NCBI GenBank assembly: GCA_046735335.1
Contig: JBKPTE010000060.1
Coordinates: 1,125-65,124, forward strand
Origin: Acidobacteriota bacterium
GTDB lineage: Bacteria > Acidobacteriota > Vicinamibacteria > Vicinamibacterales > 2-12-FULL-66-21
Direction: 5' to 3'
DNA length: 64,000 nucleotides
The number at the start of each line of letters is the position of its first letter. Position 1 is the first letter of the stretch. Both the position numbers and the translations under genes were made by a program. Under the pieces are notes generated by a model. The model did not search any database. It was not told where the DNA came from and saw only the letters and a program-made list of their open reading frames with translations. Below are positions 51,415 to 61,516 of this stretch, piece after piece.

Positions 51415-51448
51415 CGCGACGACGGCCACATACGGCGGTCCCGGCACA

Positions 51449-52621
51449 TCAGCGTCGCTCGGATGACCTCGACGCACGAGTGAGCCGCACCGGCACTCGC
51501 TGCCATCCCCCGAGCGGGTACGTCTCTCGTGCGGGTTGTGCGTCAGGCGCCAACTCGAGGTGCGGTGTCGCCCGCAGCAACGCCTCTGTCGCCACGACCA
51601 GTTCCATCGTGGCCAGCGGACGGCCCGGGCAGACGTGGATGCCGGTCCCATACACGAGATTGTGGCGTGCGTGCTCCGCAGGCCGATACGCGTCGGGATC
51701 GGCGAAGACCCTTTCATCGCGGTTGGCGGACGTCCAGTTCAGGTAGATCCGGGTCCCCGGCTCGAGGATGAATCCGTGGATGTCGGTGCGAATCCTCGTG
51801 ACGCGGCGGTTGACCAGGAAGGGATCGTCAATCCGCAGCATCTCGTCGATCGCGGTGCCCAGGTTGCGGGCGTCTCCGCGAAGCTGCTCCTGCACGTCGG
51901 CGTGCGTCGCGAGAAAGTGAACGACCACGCCCAGCGCCGCGGCGATCGAGCCGAGATCGCCGGCCGTCCAGTTGCGCAGAATCGAGACGATATCGGCATC
52001 CGGCAGCAGGCGTCCGTTCACGCGAACATCCAGCAGCTCGCTCGTGGGATCGTTCGGCGCCGCGCCGCGCATCTTTCGCCGGCGCTGCACCTGTGCCAGA
52101 ACGATCTCGTCGAACGCGGCGGCCACGGCGGCCGTGCGCGATCGGTCTTTCGAGCGCGTCGCCGCGTGGTTGTCGCGCATCCAGGCGAGGAGATCGTCCT
52201 CGATCCCTTGCCACCCGAGCCAGTCGGCCTGCGCGCGCACGGCGAACGGATACCCGATCTCCGTGACGGCATCGACGGTGGCGCCGCGCGGGAGCGCACC
52301 CACGATCTCGCGGGCGATTGCGCGGACGCGCGGCTCGAGCGCGGCCATCCGTTCGGCCGTGAAGAACCGATCGATGACCGACCGAAACGCCTGGTGTTCC
52401 GGCGGGTCGAGCGAATTGGGCACCATGCGGCGGCCGGATGCCGCGGACGAGAAGGTGGCGGGATCGGCGGCGGCCGCGACCACGTCCGCGTGTCGAAAGA
52501 GCGTGACGCCGCGAGGCGATTCGGCGACGGGGCACGCGTCACGCATGCGGTCGTATGTGCCGCGCTGGTCCGCGAGCACCGGCTCGGACAATGGTTCCCA
52601 TGGAGGGATCGGTGTGCTCAC
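51449..52621 (-). CDS. cytochrome P450
   Basis: Haem-thiolate loop FGTGIHVCPGRPLA. ExxR (EMLR). The I-helix reads NWTAGDLGSIAAAL, lacking the usual acid-Thr pair. GTG at 52621 preferred (390 aa). The track start at 52753 would overlap the divergent gene. Confidence 0.88.
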   Translation of the reverse strand: MSTPIPPWEPLSEPVLADQRGTYDRMRDACPVAESPRGVTLFRHADVVAAAADPATFSSAASGRRMVPNSLDPPEHQAFRSVIDRFFTAERMAALEPRVRAIAREIVGALPRGATVDAVTEIGYPFAVRAQADWLGWQGIEDDLLAWMRDNHAATRSKDRSRTAAVAAAFDEIVLAQVQRRRKMRGAAPNDPTSELLDVRVNGRLLPDADIVSILRNWTAGDLGSIAAALGVVVHFLATHADVQEQLRGDARNLGTAIDEMLRIDDPFLVNRRVTRIRTDIHGFILEPGTRIYLNWTSANRDERVFADPDAYRPAEHARHNLVYGTGIHVCPGRPLATMELVVATEALLRATPHLELAPDAQPARETYPLGGWQRVPVRLTRASRSSERR

Positions 52622-52730
52622 GCCGTCATCTTCGCACGGACACCGCGAGGGTGATCCTCTTCGCGGTTTGCGATCGCGAACCGTTGTAGGCTTCACGAAT
52701 CGCTGAGCCGCGTCGACCCCAACAGAACCC

Positions 52731-53936
52731 ATGGCTCGTTCAACTCTGGACATCCGGCCGCGGCTGCTCGAAACTACCGAACTGGCCCGGTACGAGTTCG
52801 ATCTGCGGTACTCGAGCAGCTCGCGAACCGAAACCCTCTTCTATGAATTCCCGCGGGAACTCGCGCCGCAGCCTCCGGCGAGCTTTGACGGAGTCCTGTG
52901 CGCGCTGCTCTTTCACGCAATGGCCGAAAGCCGCGATATCTATCTGCACGGCCCGGCGACAAAGGAGATGCTGCTGAACTTGAGCGAGTTTCAGTTGGCG
53001 TGGTCGCGCTGGTTGCCCGCGTCGTATCGACCGGTAGACATCTACGCCGACGCGATTGTCACCGATACTCGCGCGCGTCCGCGGCGGACGATCGCGGCGT
53101 ACTCCGGGGGAGTCGATTCGACATTCACGCTGCTCCGCAACAGTGCACGAGCCGCCGGACCGCACTATGACATCGATACCGCGCTCATGGTCCATGGTTT
53201 CGATGTCGCCCTTTCGAACCCGCAGGACTTCCAGGAACTCGTCGATCGCACTGCGCCGATACGCGCGCTGACAGGCGTGCCGCTTCGAATCGTGCGGACC
53301 AACAGTAAGGAGTTGCGGCTGCAGAACTGGGAGGATTCGTTCGGCGCCCAGCTCGCAGCATGCATGCACATGTTCTCAGCCGAATGCTCGGTTGCGCTCA
53401 TCGGAAGCTCCGAGCCCTACGATGCGCTCGTGCTGCCCTGGGGATCGAACCCCGTCACGGATCCTTTGCTGTCGGGAGGAGAACTGACGATTGTTCATGA
53501 CGGCGCCGCTTTCTCTCGAACGGAGAAGATTGCACGGCTGTCTGCTGTTCCTGCTGCTCTGCAATCCTTGAAGGTGTGTTGGGAGGGCGTGAAGCAAGGC
53601 CGAAACTGCGGCGTATGCGAGAAGTGCATCAGGACGCAACTGAACTTCCTCGCCGCCGGTGTTGCCGAGCTCTCGTGTTTCGACCAGCCTCTCGACGTCA
53701 ACCGCATTCGCAGCATCAGGATTCGCAACGACGCGTTGCTGCAGGAGTTCCGATCGATCCTGGCCTACGCCGAGAGCAGGAACATCGATGAGGACTGGGT
53801 GCGTGTGCTCCGCAAGCGGCTCCGCAGGGGAAAACAGAACTGGACCGTCAGGCGTCGGCTGCGCGCATCGCTCGCGAAAGGCGGCCTCCTTTCGACGGCG
53901 AGAAGGGTCCGGCGATTCTTTCCGACAGCTCGATAA
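52731..53936 (+). CDS. PP-loop (adenine nucleotide alpha-hydrolase) protein, QueC-like core with unknown N-terminal domain
   Basis: SGGVDS PP-loop at 53103-53120. Cys cluster CGVCEKC at 53607-53627, as in QueC-type Zn sites. An N-terminal domain of about 120 aa and a basic C-terminal tail have no family I recognise. Confidence 0.6.
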   Translation: MARSTLDIRPRLLETTELARYEFDLRYSSSSRTETLFYEFPRELAPQPPASFDGVLCALLFHAMAESRDIYLHGPATKEMLLNLSEFQLAWSRWLPASYRPVDIYADAIVTDTRARPRRTIAAYSGGVDSTFTLLRNSARAAGPHYDIDTALMVHGFDVALSNPQDFQELVDRTAPIRALTGVPLRIVRTNSKELRLQNWEDSFGAQLAACMHMFSAECSVALIGSSEPYDALVLPWGSNPVTDPLLSGGELTIVHDGAAFSRTEKIARLSAVPAALQSLKVCWEGVKQGRNCGVCEKCIRTQLNFLAAGVAELSCFDQPLDVNRIRSIRIRNDALLQEFRSILAYAESRNIDEDWVRVLRKRLRRGKQNWTVRRRLRASLAKGGLLSTARRVRRFFPTAR

Positions 53937-53957
53937 TCGAAACGCGGCGTGAACAGA

Positions 53958-55823
53958 TCAGAAAGCCGCACCAGAATCTGTCAAACGCGTTCGCGGCGTG
54001 CTCGCGACGCCCGATCCCGACACGACCCGATGCGCGATCGTGGCGAGCAGATCCTCCAGCAGCGTTGGAGACAGCGGCTTGGTGAAGTGGCTGTCGAACC
54101 CAGCTTCCCGTGCCTTCCGGCGATCCTCCTCCTGCCCCCAACCCGTCACGGCAGCGACGTGGACGTGGCGGAAGTCCGGCAGTGCGCGCAGCTTCTGGAC
54201 GACCGCATAGCCGTTCATCACGGGCAGGCCGATGTCGAGGAGAATCAGGTCCGGTGCGAACTCGATGGCAACCGCGATGGCGCGGGCGCCGTCGTGGGCA
54301 ACTCTGGTGGCGTGGCCAAGCTGCGAAATCGTCAGATCCAGCATCTCCGCGGCGTCCACGTTGTCTTCGACGATCAGGACGCGGAGATCGCGCTTCGCCG
54401 CGGGCGGCGGTTCGTCGTCGACTGCTGTCGACGCCTCCCCTGACGTGATCGGCAAGCGGATTTCGACCTCGGTGCCCTTTCCCTCCCCCGCACTGCTGAT
54501 CGCAATCCGTCCGTCGTGCATCTCGACCAGACGCCGCGCCAATGTCAGGCCTATCCCAAGACCTCCGGAGGAGCGTTCGAGAATCGGCTCGGCCTGCTGG
54601 AACATGTCGAACACCCGCGGCAGGACGCCCGCGGCGATGCCAATCCCCGTGTCGCGGATGCGCACCACGGCTTCTGCCGCCTCGTCCTCGGCAGCGAACG
54701 AGATGTGGCCGCCGCGCGGCGTGAACTTCACGGCGTTGTTGAGCACGTTCGCGAAGATCTGCACCAGCCGTGCGCCATCCCCGTCGATGCGAACGGGCCT
54801 CCCTGGCATCCGGATTTCGAGCTGCTGATCCGCGGCGGCAGCGAGCGGCATGATCGATTCGGCGGCGGTTGCCATCAGCCGCCCCAGGTCGTGCGGTTCA
54901 CGACGCAACTGGATCTTGTTCGCCGTGATCCGCGAGACGTCTAGCAGATCGTCGACGAGTCGCACGAGCTGGCGAACCTGGCGGTCGATCACGTCACGCG
55001 CGCGCGCCGCGCTCGCCGCGGGCGCTCCGGGCTTCAGATTCTCGAGCGCGAACCGAATGGGTGCGAGCGGGTTGCGGAGCTCGTGCGCGAGCGTGGCGAG
55101 GAACTCGTCTTTCCGCTGATCGGCTTCGACGAGCCTGGCCGTCCGGTCGCTCACGCGCAGCTCCAGGTCGCGATTCAGCGCCTCGGCCTGCTCCTTCGCG
55201 ATCTGCAGGCTCTCGATCAGATGGTGATTGTCGAATCGCAGCCTGAATGAGGATTCGATCAGCTGATTGAAGCGCCACGTCGCCGCCACCGTTGCGACGG
55301 TGAACAGCGCCGCCAGGAATCCCATCATCAGGTGGTCGGTGTCACCGACCGCCGCCAGCCGCACAGCCGTGAGCAGACCTGTCGGCAGAAGGAAGGCGAG
55401 GAACGCTTCGAGCCTGGCAGCAAGAAGCGACGCGCCGCCGAGCATGACACCGCCGACGACGAACACGAGGAAGGCCTCGTTCATCGGCCGCACGGGCGAG
55501 TAGAGCAGGATCGCCGCCGCACCCCATCCTGCCGCTGCGGCCGTCGTGCCCGCCACGAACGCTCTGTTCCAGCGCTCCATGTCGTTGTCGTCGGGAGAGG
55601 CGCGCCGATACCGTCGGACGATCAGGAACCTCGCCGCGGAGACGAGCAGCATGTAGAGCAGCCAGACCGAGAGCACCAGGCGCGGGACGACGGCTCGCTG
55701 CGCGTAGGTCAGCAGCAGTGCGATCAGGATGGCCGCGACAATTCCGGTGGCCGCGTTTTCGTACAGCAGGCGGGTTTCTGCCGCCTGGACGCGCCGTTGA
55801 CGCCCGTCTCCGTCGACAGCCAT
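53958..55823 (-). CDS. membrane hybrid sensor histidine kinase / response regulator
   Basis: About 5 N-terminal TM helices. Coiled coil. H-box FLATLAHELRNPLAPI. HATPase (DTGIGI, GGLGIGLTL). C-terminal REC (VLIVEDNVDAA...LLDIGLPVMNG...HFTKP). Confidence 0.9.
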   Translation of the reverse strand: MAVDGDGRQRRVQAAETRLLYENAATGIVAAILIALLLTYAQRAVVPRLVLSVWLLYMLLVSAARFLIVRRYRRASPDDNDMERWNRAFVAGTTAAAAGWGAAAILLYSPVRPMNEAFLVFVVGGVMLGGASLLAARLEAFLAFLLPTGLLTAVRLAAVGDTDHLMMGFLAALFTVATVAATWRFNQLIESSFRLRFDNHHLIESLQIAKEQAEALNRDLELRVSDRTARLVEADQRKDEFLATLAHELRNPLAPIRFALENLKPGAPAASAARARDVIDRQVRQLVRLVDDLLDVSRITANKIQLRREPHDLGRLMATAAESIMPLAAAADQQLEIRMPGRPVRIDGDGARLVQIFANVLNNAVKFTPRGGHISFAAEDEAAEAVVRIRDTGIGIAAGVLPRVFDMFQQAEPILERSSGGLGIGLTLARRLVEMHDGRIAISSAGEGKGTEVEIRLPITSGEASTAVDDEPPPAAKRDLRVLIVEDNVDAAEMLDLTISQLGHATRVAHDGARAIAVAIEFAPDLILLDIGLPVMNGYAVVQKLRALPDFRHVHVAAVTGWGQEEDRRKAREAGFDSHFTKPLSPTLLEDLLATIAHRVVSGSGVASTPRTRLTDSGAAF

Positions 55824-55863
55824 GAGGCGGCAATCTTAACGCGGGTGAATGCGCCGCATCATC

Positions 55864-55887
55864 TATATATGCGCTTATATATGCGCT
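55864..55887. repeat. perfect tandem duplication of the AT-rich 12-mer TATATATGCGCT
   Basis: Read directly: tatatatgcgct tatatatgcgct. It is the most AT-rich element I noticed in the window, and it sits in the divergent intergenic region between the two signalling genes. Confidence 0.9.
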
Positions 55888-56013
55888 GCGGAAGAAGCTG
55901 ATCAGATGCGTCGTTCGGTCGAGAATCGAGCCCTCCGCGCGGTAACGCAGGAGGTCGCCGCCATCGCCTGATTGCACGTCCGCGTCGTGATCCGGACCGA
56001 CGTCGCGTCAGGA

Positions 56014-58989
56014 ATGAAGCTCGACGACGATCTGACCGATAGAGAGGGGGCGAACGTTCCCGCACCTTCGTTCAGCTGCATGAAGATTCTCTACGTGGCG
56101 CGCGAACGCGGTGAGGTTGACGCTGCGGCCGCAGCGCTGCACGCCGATGCACAGAACGTCACAGTCCTGTGGATCCCTCGGCTGGAGCAGCGGCTCGCGG
56201 AGTGGATCGACCAGAACCAGGACGTCGCGGCCCTGATCGTCGATGCCCAGGCGGAGCGGACCGGCTGGCGGGCGGTCCTCGAGCACCTGCGCGCCGTTCC
56301 GACATCCCCCACCCTGATCGTCGTTGCAGCCCAGGGCGTCAGTCCCGACTTCGAACTGCTGGGGGCTGACGAGTTCCTCATCAGGAATGCGTCGCTCGGA
56401 CGCGAGTTGGCGCTCGTGGTCCGGCGTGCGCTTGGCCGTGCACGCGAGCGCCAGGAGTGGTTCGACGCCCGTAACGGCCTCGAACAGCAACTCACGCGCG
56501 CCCGGGCCGCGCTCGAGGAAGCACGGGAACGCCACCGGTCTGAGACGGCGGCGGCGGGCGAGCACGCGGCCAGGCAGCAGGCCCGCTACGACATCGCGCT
56601 CGCGCGCGCGGCAGCGACGCGGGAAATGATCGACGAGCAGCTGCGCGAAGCGGCGATCGAGGTCCAACGGGTGCGCCAGGAGCGTGCGGCGGCGGACGCC
56701 AGGATCGATCAGCTGCAGCGTAACGAATCGAAGCTCTCGTCACGTCTCGAGGATGCGACGACGGGGCGCGCCGATGCCGAGCGCCGCCTGGCCGCCAGAG
56801 AAGCGGCGTTCGAGGAAGCGGAGAGGCGCACGGCGCTCGCACGCGCGGAACGACAGGCGGCGTTCGATCGCGAGCTGGCGCAGATCACCGCAGCCCGCGA
56901 CAGTTTCGCTCAGCAACTCACCGACACCGAGATCGCCCTCGAAGAAGTCCGGAATGCCTGTCAGTCGGCCGCGGCCGATGTCGATCGCCTGACGGAATGC
57001 AGAGCCGATCTCGCGTCTCGACTCGTCGAGGTCCAGACCGATCGCGACAGGCTGGCGCACCAACTCATCGACGCGGGGCGCGACATCGACGAGGGGCAGC
57101 GGGCTCACGCCGTCGCCGCCGCCGAAGTCGAGCGCCTGGCGCAGGCGGAAGCCACGCTGGCCGTGCAGTTTGCCGATGCCCGGGCATCTCGCGATGCGTT
57201 CGAGCTGCAATTGGGCGATGCCGTTCGGGCGATCGCGGACTTGCAGGAGCGCGCTGACGGCGAGCGCGAAGCTGCGGCAGAGCGCCAGGCGGACCTCGAA
57301 GCGCGGCTCTCCGGAACGATTGACGCGCGCAACACCCTGGAACGCACCCTGGCCGAGACTCGTTCGGCGGCTCTGGATGCCGAGCGGTCGCTCAGCGAAC
57401 AGATCGAGGCGCTCCGGACCCGCGCGCACGAGGACGTGTCGCAGCTCGAGATCCGGCTGGCCGATGAGCGGCTCACGTTCGAGAGTCGGCGCGCCGAAAT
57501 GCAGGCCTGCAGCGAGCAACTGACACAGGAGCGCGACGCGCTTCAGCAGTCGCTCAACGCACGCGAGGAACAACTGCGCGCCCTCGAGGTACAGCATCGC
57601 GAAGTGCATCAGCGGTTCGAGGAGGCTCGAACGGCAGCGGACGCTGACATCCAGCGGCTCACGAGTGAATCCGCCGAGATGAGGAGCACGCTCGAGGGCG
57701 CCAGGCGCCACTACGAAGGCACGCTGGAGCGCGTGTCGGCCGAGCATCACGCGGCGATTTCGGCACGCGATCAGGAGCTTGTCGCGCGCGATCGGGAGAT
57801 AGAAAAGCTCAGAGCTGATCTGCGGGCCGCGACTCGGCGAAGCGAGCAGGCGTTCGACGAGGCGGAGCTCGCCTCGTTCCGGTGCAGCAGAGACGGCGCG
57901 CTCACGCACGCCAATCGCGCGTGGTCGTCGCTCGTTCGTCGCACGATCGACGACCTGCGCAACGCAGACTTCGCGGCCTCCGTGTTCGAGTCGCCGAACG
58001 ACCTGTCATGGCTGCTCGAGCGTTGCGTGGGCGCAAGTACGAAGGAATCCATCGAGACCACGCTGCGGCGGAAGGACGGTGCTCGCCTGTTCGTCCGCCT
58101 GTCGGCGCGCGCGTCGGCCGACGATGCCGTGGAGGTCGTTGCCGAGGACTTCACCAGGCTGCGCGTGCTGCAGGACAGGTTGGCGCAGTCCGCCCGAATG
58201 GAAGCGGTCGGACGGCTGGCGTCGGAAGTGGGCCTGAGCTGCGGCAAGCTGCTCGACGGCGTTCGCGAGAATGCACAACGGTGGCTCGTAGGCGACGATG
58301 GAACGCCGGCTTCGCGACAGCACCGGCAGCTGCTCCTGGACGAGCTCGCGCGCGTGGACGGCTACCTGCAGCAGCTCGTTGCATACGGCGACACCCAGCG
58401 TCGCGCGCCGGCGCAGGTCGATTTGCCCACGGTCGTGCGCAACCTCGCACCCGTGCTGAAACAGGTCGCCGGCGGCCACGTGGATGTCTGCCTTCCCGCG
58501 AAATCCTCGTCGCTGACCGTCGACACCGAAGCCGAACGCGTCGAGAGACTCCTCGTCAGCCTCGCCGCCTACGGGCGTGAACGCATGCCGCTCGGCGGAC
58601 GCCTGACGATCGAGGTCGGGACGAGCATCGTCGATCACCAGTTCACGGCCAAGTACCCGAACGTGCGCCCGGGTCCGCACGCGTTGATTACGGTCCGCGA
58701 GGCGCAGCGAGCGAACCGGCCCGACGCGCTCGAGCAACTCCGCCATGTGCCGCATGCGTCCCCCGACTCCAGGGCGACGGTCGGCCCCAGAGCCGGGATC
58801 GAGCTCGGCACAATCCAGGGCCTTGTCGGCGAGTGCGGGGGCCATCTCTGGATGAAGGTCGAACCGCTCGGTGGCATCGTCGCCAAGATCCGCCTGCCGC
58901 TGCGGACGTCGTACGGCACGTCGCACGCCCGCCCCTTGCTCGCCGTCGGCGGCCGCGCGCGAGCGATTACCCGCTGGTTTCAGCACTGA
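56014..58989 (+). CDS. giant coiled-coil signalling protein: degenerate receiver, coiled coil of about 450 aa, PAS, and a histidine-kinase-like module lacking the phospho-acceptor His
   Basis: REC-like MKILYVARERGE...ALIVDAQ lacks the acidic pair. A long Ala/Arg/Glu/Gln heptad-rich region follows. PAS-like FRCSRDGALTHANRAW. The DHp-like RMEAVGRLASEVGLSCGKLL compares with the common MEAVGRLAGGIAHDFNNLL, with His replaced by Leu at 58234-58236. The G-box region is degenerate. Start candidates are 55972 (TTG), 56014 and 56080. Confidence 0.75.
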   Translation: MKLDDDLTDREGANVPAPSFSCMKILYVARERGEVDAAAAALHADAQNVTVLWIPRLEQRLAEWIDQNQDVAALIVDAQAERTGWRAVLEHLRAVPTSPTLIVVAAQGVSPDFELLGADEFLIRNASLGRELALVVRRALGRARERQEWFDARNGLEQQLTRARAALEEARERHRSETAAAGEHAARQQARYDIALARAAATREMIDEQLREAAIEVQRVRQERAAADARIDQLQRNESKLSSRLEDATTGRADAERRLAAREAAFEEAERRTALARAERQAAFDRELAQITAARDSFAQQLTDTEIALEEVRNACQSAAADVDRLTECRADLASRLVEVQTDRDRLAHQLIDAGRDIDEGQRAHAVAAAEVERLAQAEATLAVQFADARASRDAFELQLGDAVRAIADLQERADGEREAAAERQADLEARLSGTIDARNTLERTLAETRSAALDAERSLSEQIEALRTRAHEDVSQLEIRLADERLTFESRRAEMQACSEQLTQERDALQQSLNAREEQLRALEVQHREVHQRFEEARTAADADIQRLTSESAEMRSTLEGARRHYEGTLERVSAEHHAAISARDQELVARDREIEKLRADLRAATRRSEQAFDEAELASFRCSRDGALTHANRAWSSLVRRTIDDLRNADFAASVFESPNDLSWLLERCVGASTKESIETTLRRKDGARLFVRLSARASADDAVEVVAEDFTRLRVLQDRLAQSARMEAVGRLASEVGLSCGKLLDGVRENAQRWLVGDDGTPASRQHRQLLLDELARVDGYLQQLVAYGDTQRRAPAQVDLPTVVRNLAPVLKQVAGGHVDVCLPAKSSSLTVDTEAERVERLLVSLAAYGRERMPLGGRLTIEVGTSIVDHQFTAKYPNVRPGPHALITVREAQRANRPDALEQLRHVPHASPDSRATVGPRAGIELGTIQGLVGECGGHLWMKVEPLGGIVAKIRLPLRTSYGTSHARPLLAVGGRARAITRWFQH

Positions 58990-59108
58990 ACCATCTCGGC
59001 GCTCAACATAAAGGCGACGACCCGGACTCCGAAGAGCGCTCTCGATGGTCCGGACGTCGTCGGTCCAACTGACTGGACGCATCCGAGGCGGTGGCATAGG
59101 ATGCCGCC

Positions 59109-60062
59109 ATGAAAGCTCTGACCCGGCGGAGTTTCATTCAGACCGCCGCGAGCGCGGCAGCGGTCGGCCTCACGTCACCCTTCGACTCGCTCACGCTCGC
59201 TCAGGGCAAGCCTGACGGGTTCCGCGGCACGTTGTGCTTCTTCTCGAAACATCTCCCCCGTATGAACGGGCAGGAGCTCGGCCGATCGCTGAAGCCGCTC
59301 GGTTTCGAAGGCGTCGATCTCACGGTGCGCCCCGGCGGCCACGTCGATCCCAAGCAGGTGATCACCGAGTTGCCCGTGTTCGCCGACGCCATCCGCCACG
59401 AGGGTCTGTCGGTCCCGATGATCACCACCGAGCTCCTCTCTGACGCCGATCCCGCCGCTCAGCCGACGCTGGAGACCGCGGCGCGGTTGAAGATTCCGTT
59501 CTTCAAGCCCGGCTACTACCATTACAAGTTCGCCGACGTTCGGAAGGAGCTCGAAGCCGCCGGAAAACAGCTGAAGAGTCTTGCGGATCTGAGCCAGCGC
59601 CACGGGATGCGCGTCGGGTATCACAACCACGCGGGCTACATCGGCGGTCCGGTCTGGGATTTTGCGCCGTACATCGAGCCGCTCGACGCGGCAACCGTGG
59701 GCTATTACTTCGACGTCCGTCACGCGACCGTCGAAGGCGGAGATGGCGGGTGGCGCTCCGCGTTCAACATGGCGGCACCGCGGTTGTCGATGATCGCGTT
59801 GAAGGACTTCTTCTGGGAAAAGACGGGCGGCTCGTGGCGGCAGCACGACTGCCCGATCGGAGAGGGCATGGTGAACTGGAAACAGTTCTTTGCCATGCTC
59901 GCGAAAACGGGCTTTCAGGGACCCGTGTCGCTCCATCTGGAATACGACATCGCCGGCGCCACGCCGGCGGCGCAGCAGGAGAACACGCTCGCCGCGGCCG
60001 CACGCGATCTCGCGTTCGTCAAGGCGCGTCTCGCCGACGCGTATTCAGGGGCCGCGATGTGA
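59109..60062 (+). CDS. Tat-exported xylose-isomerase-like TIM-barrel protein (sugar phosphate isomerase/epimerase family)
   Basis: Twin-arginine signal [18 protein letters not shown]. Family-typical GFEGVDL, YHNHAGY and LHLEYD segments. Confidence 0.85.
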   Translation: MKALTRRSFIQTAASAAAVGLTSPFDSLTLAQGKPDGFRGTLCFFSKHLPRMNGQELGRSLKPLGFEGVDLTVRPGGHVDPKQVITELPVFADAIRHEGLSVPMITTELLSDADPAAQPTLETAARLKIPFFKPGYYHYKFADVRKELEAAGKQLKSLADLSQRHGMRVGYHNHAGYIGGPVWDFAPYIEPLDAATVGYYFDVRHATVEGGDGGWRSAFNMAAPRLSMIALKDFFWEKTGGSWRQHDCPIGEGMVNWKQFFAMLAKTGFQGPVSLHLEYDIAGATPAAQQENTLAAAARDLAFVKARLADAYSGAAM

Positions 60063-61516
60063 TCTTCACGCGCCGGCAGTTTCTGCGCCAGGCGTCGGCC
60101 CTCCCCATCGGTGCGCTTGCGAGGCCAACGCTCGCGATCGCCGCCCCAAAACCCACCGACATCCGTGTCGACGAAGTTCTTCACGGCTACGAAGACTTCG
60201 TCTACCGCGCGCCGTACAAGTTCGGCGGCCGCGTCGTCGATCGCGTCACGCTGCTGAACGTCCGCTGCCGCGTCACCACCCGGAAGGGGCAGACCGCCTG
60301 GGGCTTCGGGTCGATGACGATGGGGAACGTGTGGGCGTTTCCGTCGGCGACGATGTCGTACGACACGACGCTCGAGGCGATGAAGGCACTGGCCGCGCGT
60401 GTCGCGCGGCTGACGGGTAGCTGCCGTGAAATCGGACACCCGCTCGACATCGCGCAGGTTCTCGAGCCCGAGTGCCTGAAGGCCGCTGCGGACGTTTCAG
60501 CGGAGCGCAAGCTGACCAAGCCCATCCCCAAGCTCTGCACGCTCGTTGTCGTCAGCGCGTTCGACGCGGCGCTGCACGATGCGTTCGGAAAGGTGCACCG
60601 CCGGAACGTCTACGACACGTTCGGGCCGGATCTGATGACGCACGACGTGTCACGGTATCTCGGTCCCGAGTTCCGAGGCGTGCGGCTGGATAGAGTCCTC
60701 CTGCCGAAGCGGCGCGAGCGCATCCCGGTGTTTCACAGCGTCGGCGGCCTCGATCCGCTCGAGACGAAAGACATCGAGCATCCCGTCGGTGACGGCTTGC
60801 CCGAAACGCTGGCGGACTGGATGCGGCGCGACGGCATCGTACGGATCAAGATCAAGCTGCAGGGCGATGCCCTCGCATCGGACGTCGAGCGGACGCTGGC
60901 GATTGACCGGATCGCGTCTGCCGTGCAGGCGCACCGGCCGGCCGACGACCTCGCGTACAGCCTCGATTTCAACGAGCGCTGCCCCAACGTTCAGTACGTG
61001 CTCGAGTTCCTGAACCGGATTGGTGCAGCGTCACCCGAAGGGTTCAAGCGGATTCTCTACGTCGAGCAGCCGACGGCGCGCGATCTGAAAGCGAACAGGC
61101 AGAACGTGATGCACGAAGCCGCGAAGTTGCGGCCCGTCGTCATCGACGAGTCGCTGACCGATCTCGAAAGCCTCCTGCTCGCGCGGGACATGGGCTACAC
61201 GGGCGTGGCGCTCAAGGCGTGCAAGGGCCAGAGCCAGACGGTGCTGATGGCCGCGGCCGCGCAGAAGTACAAGATGTTCGTCTGCGTGCAGGATCTCACG
61301 TGTCCGGGCGCATCGCTGATCCAGTCGGTCGGGATCTCGGCTCGCGTGCCCGCGGTTGCCGGCATCGAAGCAAACGCGCGGGAGTACGTTCCGGCAGCCA
61401 ATGCGCGATGGCAGGACCGCTTTCCCGGCATTTTCACGATCAGCGACGGATACATGCGCACCGCGGACATCGGCGGCCCGGGTCTCGGCATCCCTGACGA
61501 CATGGTGCCCAGATGA
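60059..61516 (+). CDS. enolase-superfamily (mandelate racemase / muconate lactonizing enzyme-like) protein with Tat-type signal
   Basis: GTG start overlapping the upstream stop (ATGTGA). N-terminus [30 protein letters not shown]. Barrel motifs in order: RIKIKL (KxK), LDFNERC (metal Asp), YVEQP (Glu), VIDES (Asp/Glu), LKACKG (Lys). Confidence 0.75.
   Translation: MIFTRRQFLRQASALPIGALARPTLAIAAPKPTDIRVDEVLHGYEDFVYRAPYKFGGRVVDRVTLLNVRCRVTTRKGQTAWGFGSMTMGNVWAFPSATMSYDTTLEAMKALAARVARLTGSCREIGHPLDIAQVLEPECLKAAADVSAERKLTKPIPKLCTLVVVSAFDAALHDAFGKVHRRNVYDTFGPDLMTHDVSRYLGPEFRGVRLDRVLLPKRRERIPVFHSVGGLDPLETKDIEHPVGDGLPETLADWMRRDGIVRIKIKLQGDALASDVERTLAIDRIASAVQAHRPADDLAYSLDFNERCPNVQYVLEFLNRIGAASPEGFKRILYVEQPTARDLKANRQNVMHEAAKLRPVVIDESLTDLESLLLARDMGYTGVALKACKGQSQTVLMAAAAQKYKMFVCVQDLTCPGASLIQSVGISARVPAVAGIEANAREYVPAANARWQDRFPGIFTISDGYMRTADIGGPGLGIPDDMVPR

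Noticed and set aside
52731-53936. QueC-like protein as part of a QatABCD-type or CBASS-associated (Cap9-like) anti-phage system
   Set aside because: No ATPase (QatA), QatB, TatD-like nuclease, CD-NTase or effector genes are adjacent. The neighbours are a P450 and a histidine kinase, so a defence role is unsupported.
58990-59108. Imperfect hairpin (GGCGGTGGCAT-AGG-ATGCCGCC) just upstream of the TIM-barrel gene as a possible riboswitch or attenuator
   Set aside because: The stem is short and imperfect, has no conserved flanking structure, and overlaps the RBS/ATG region. It is more likely incidental GC-rich secondary structure.
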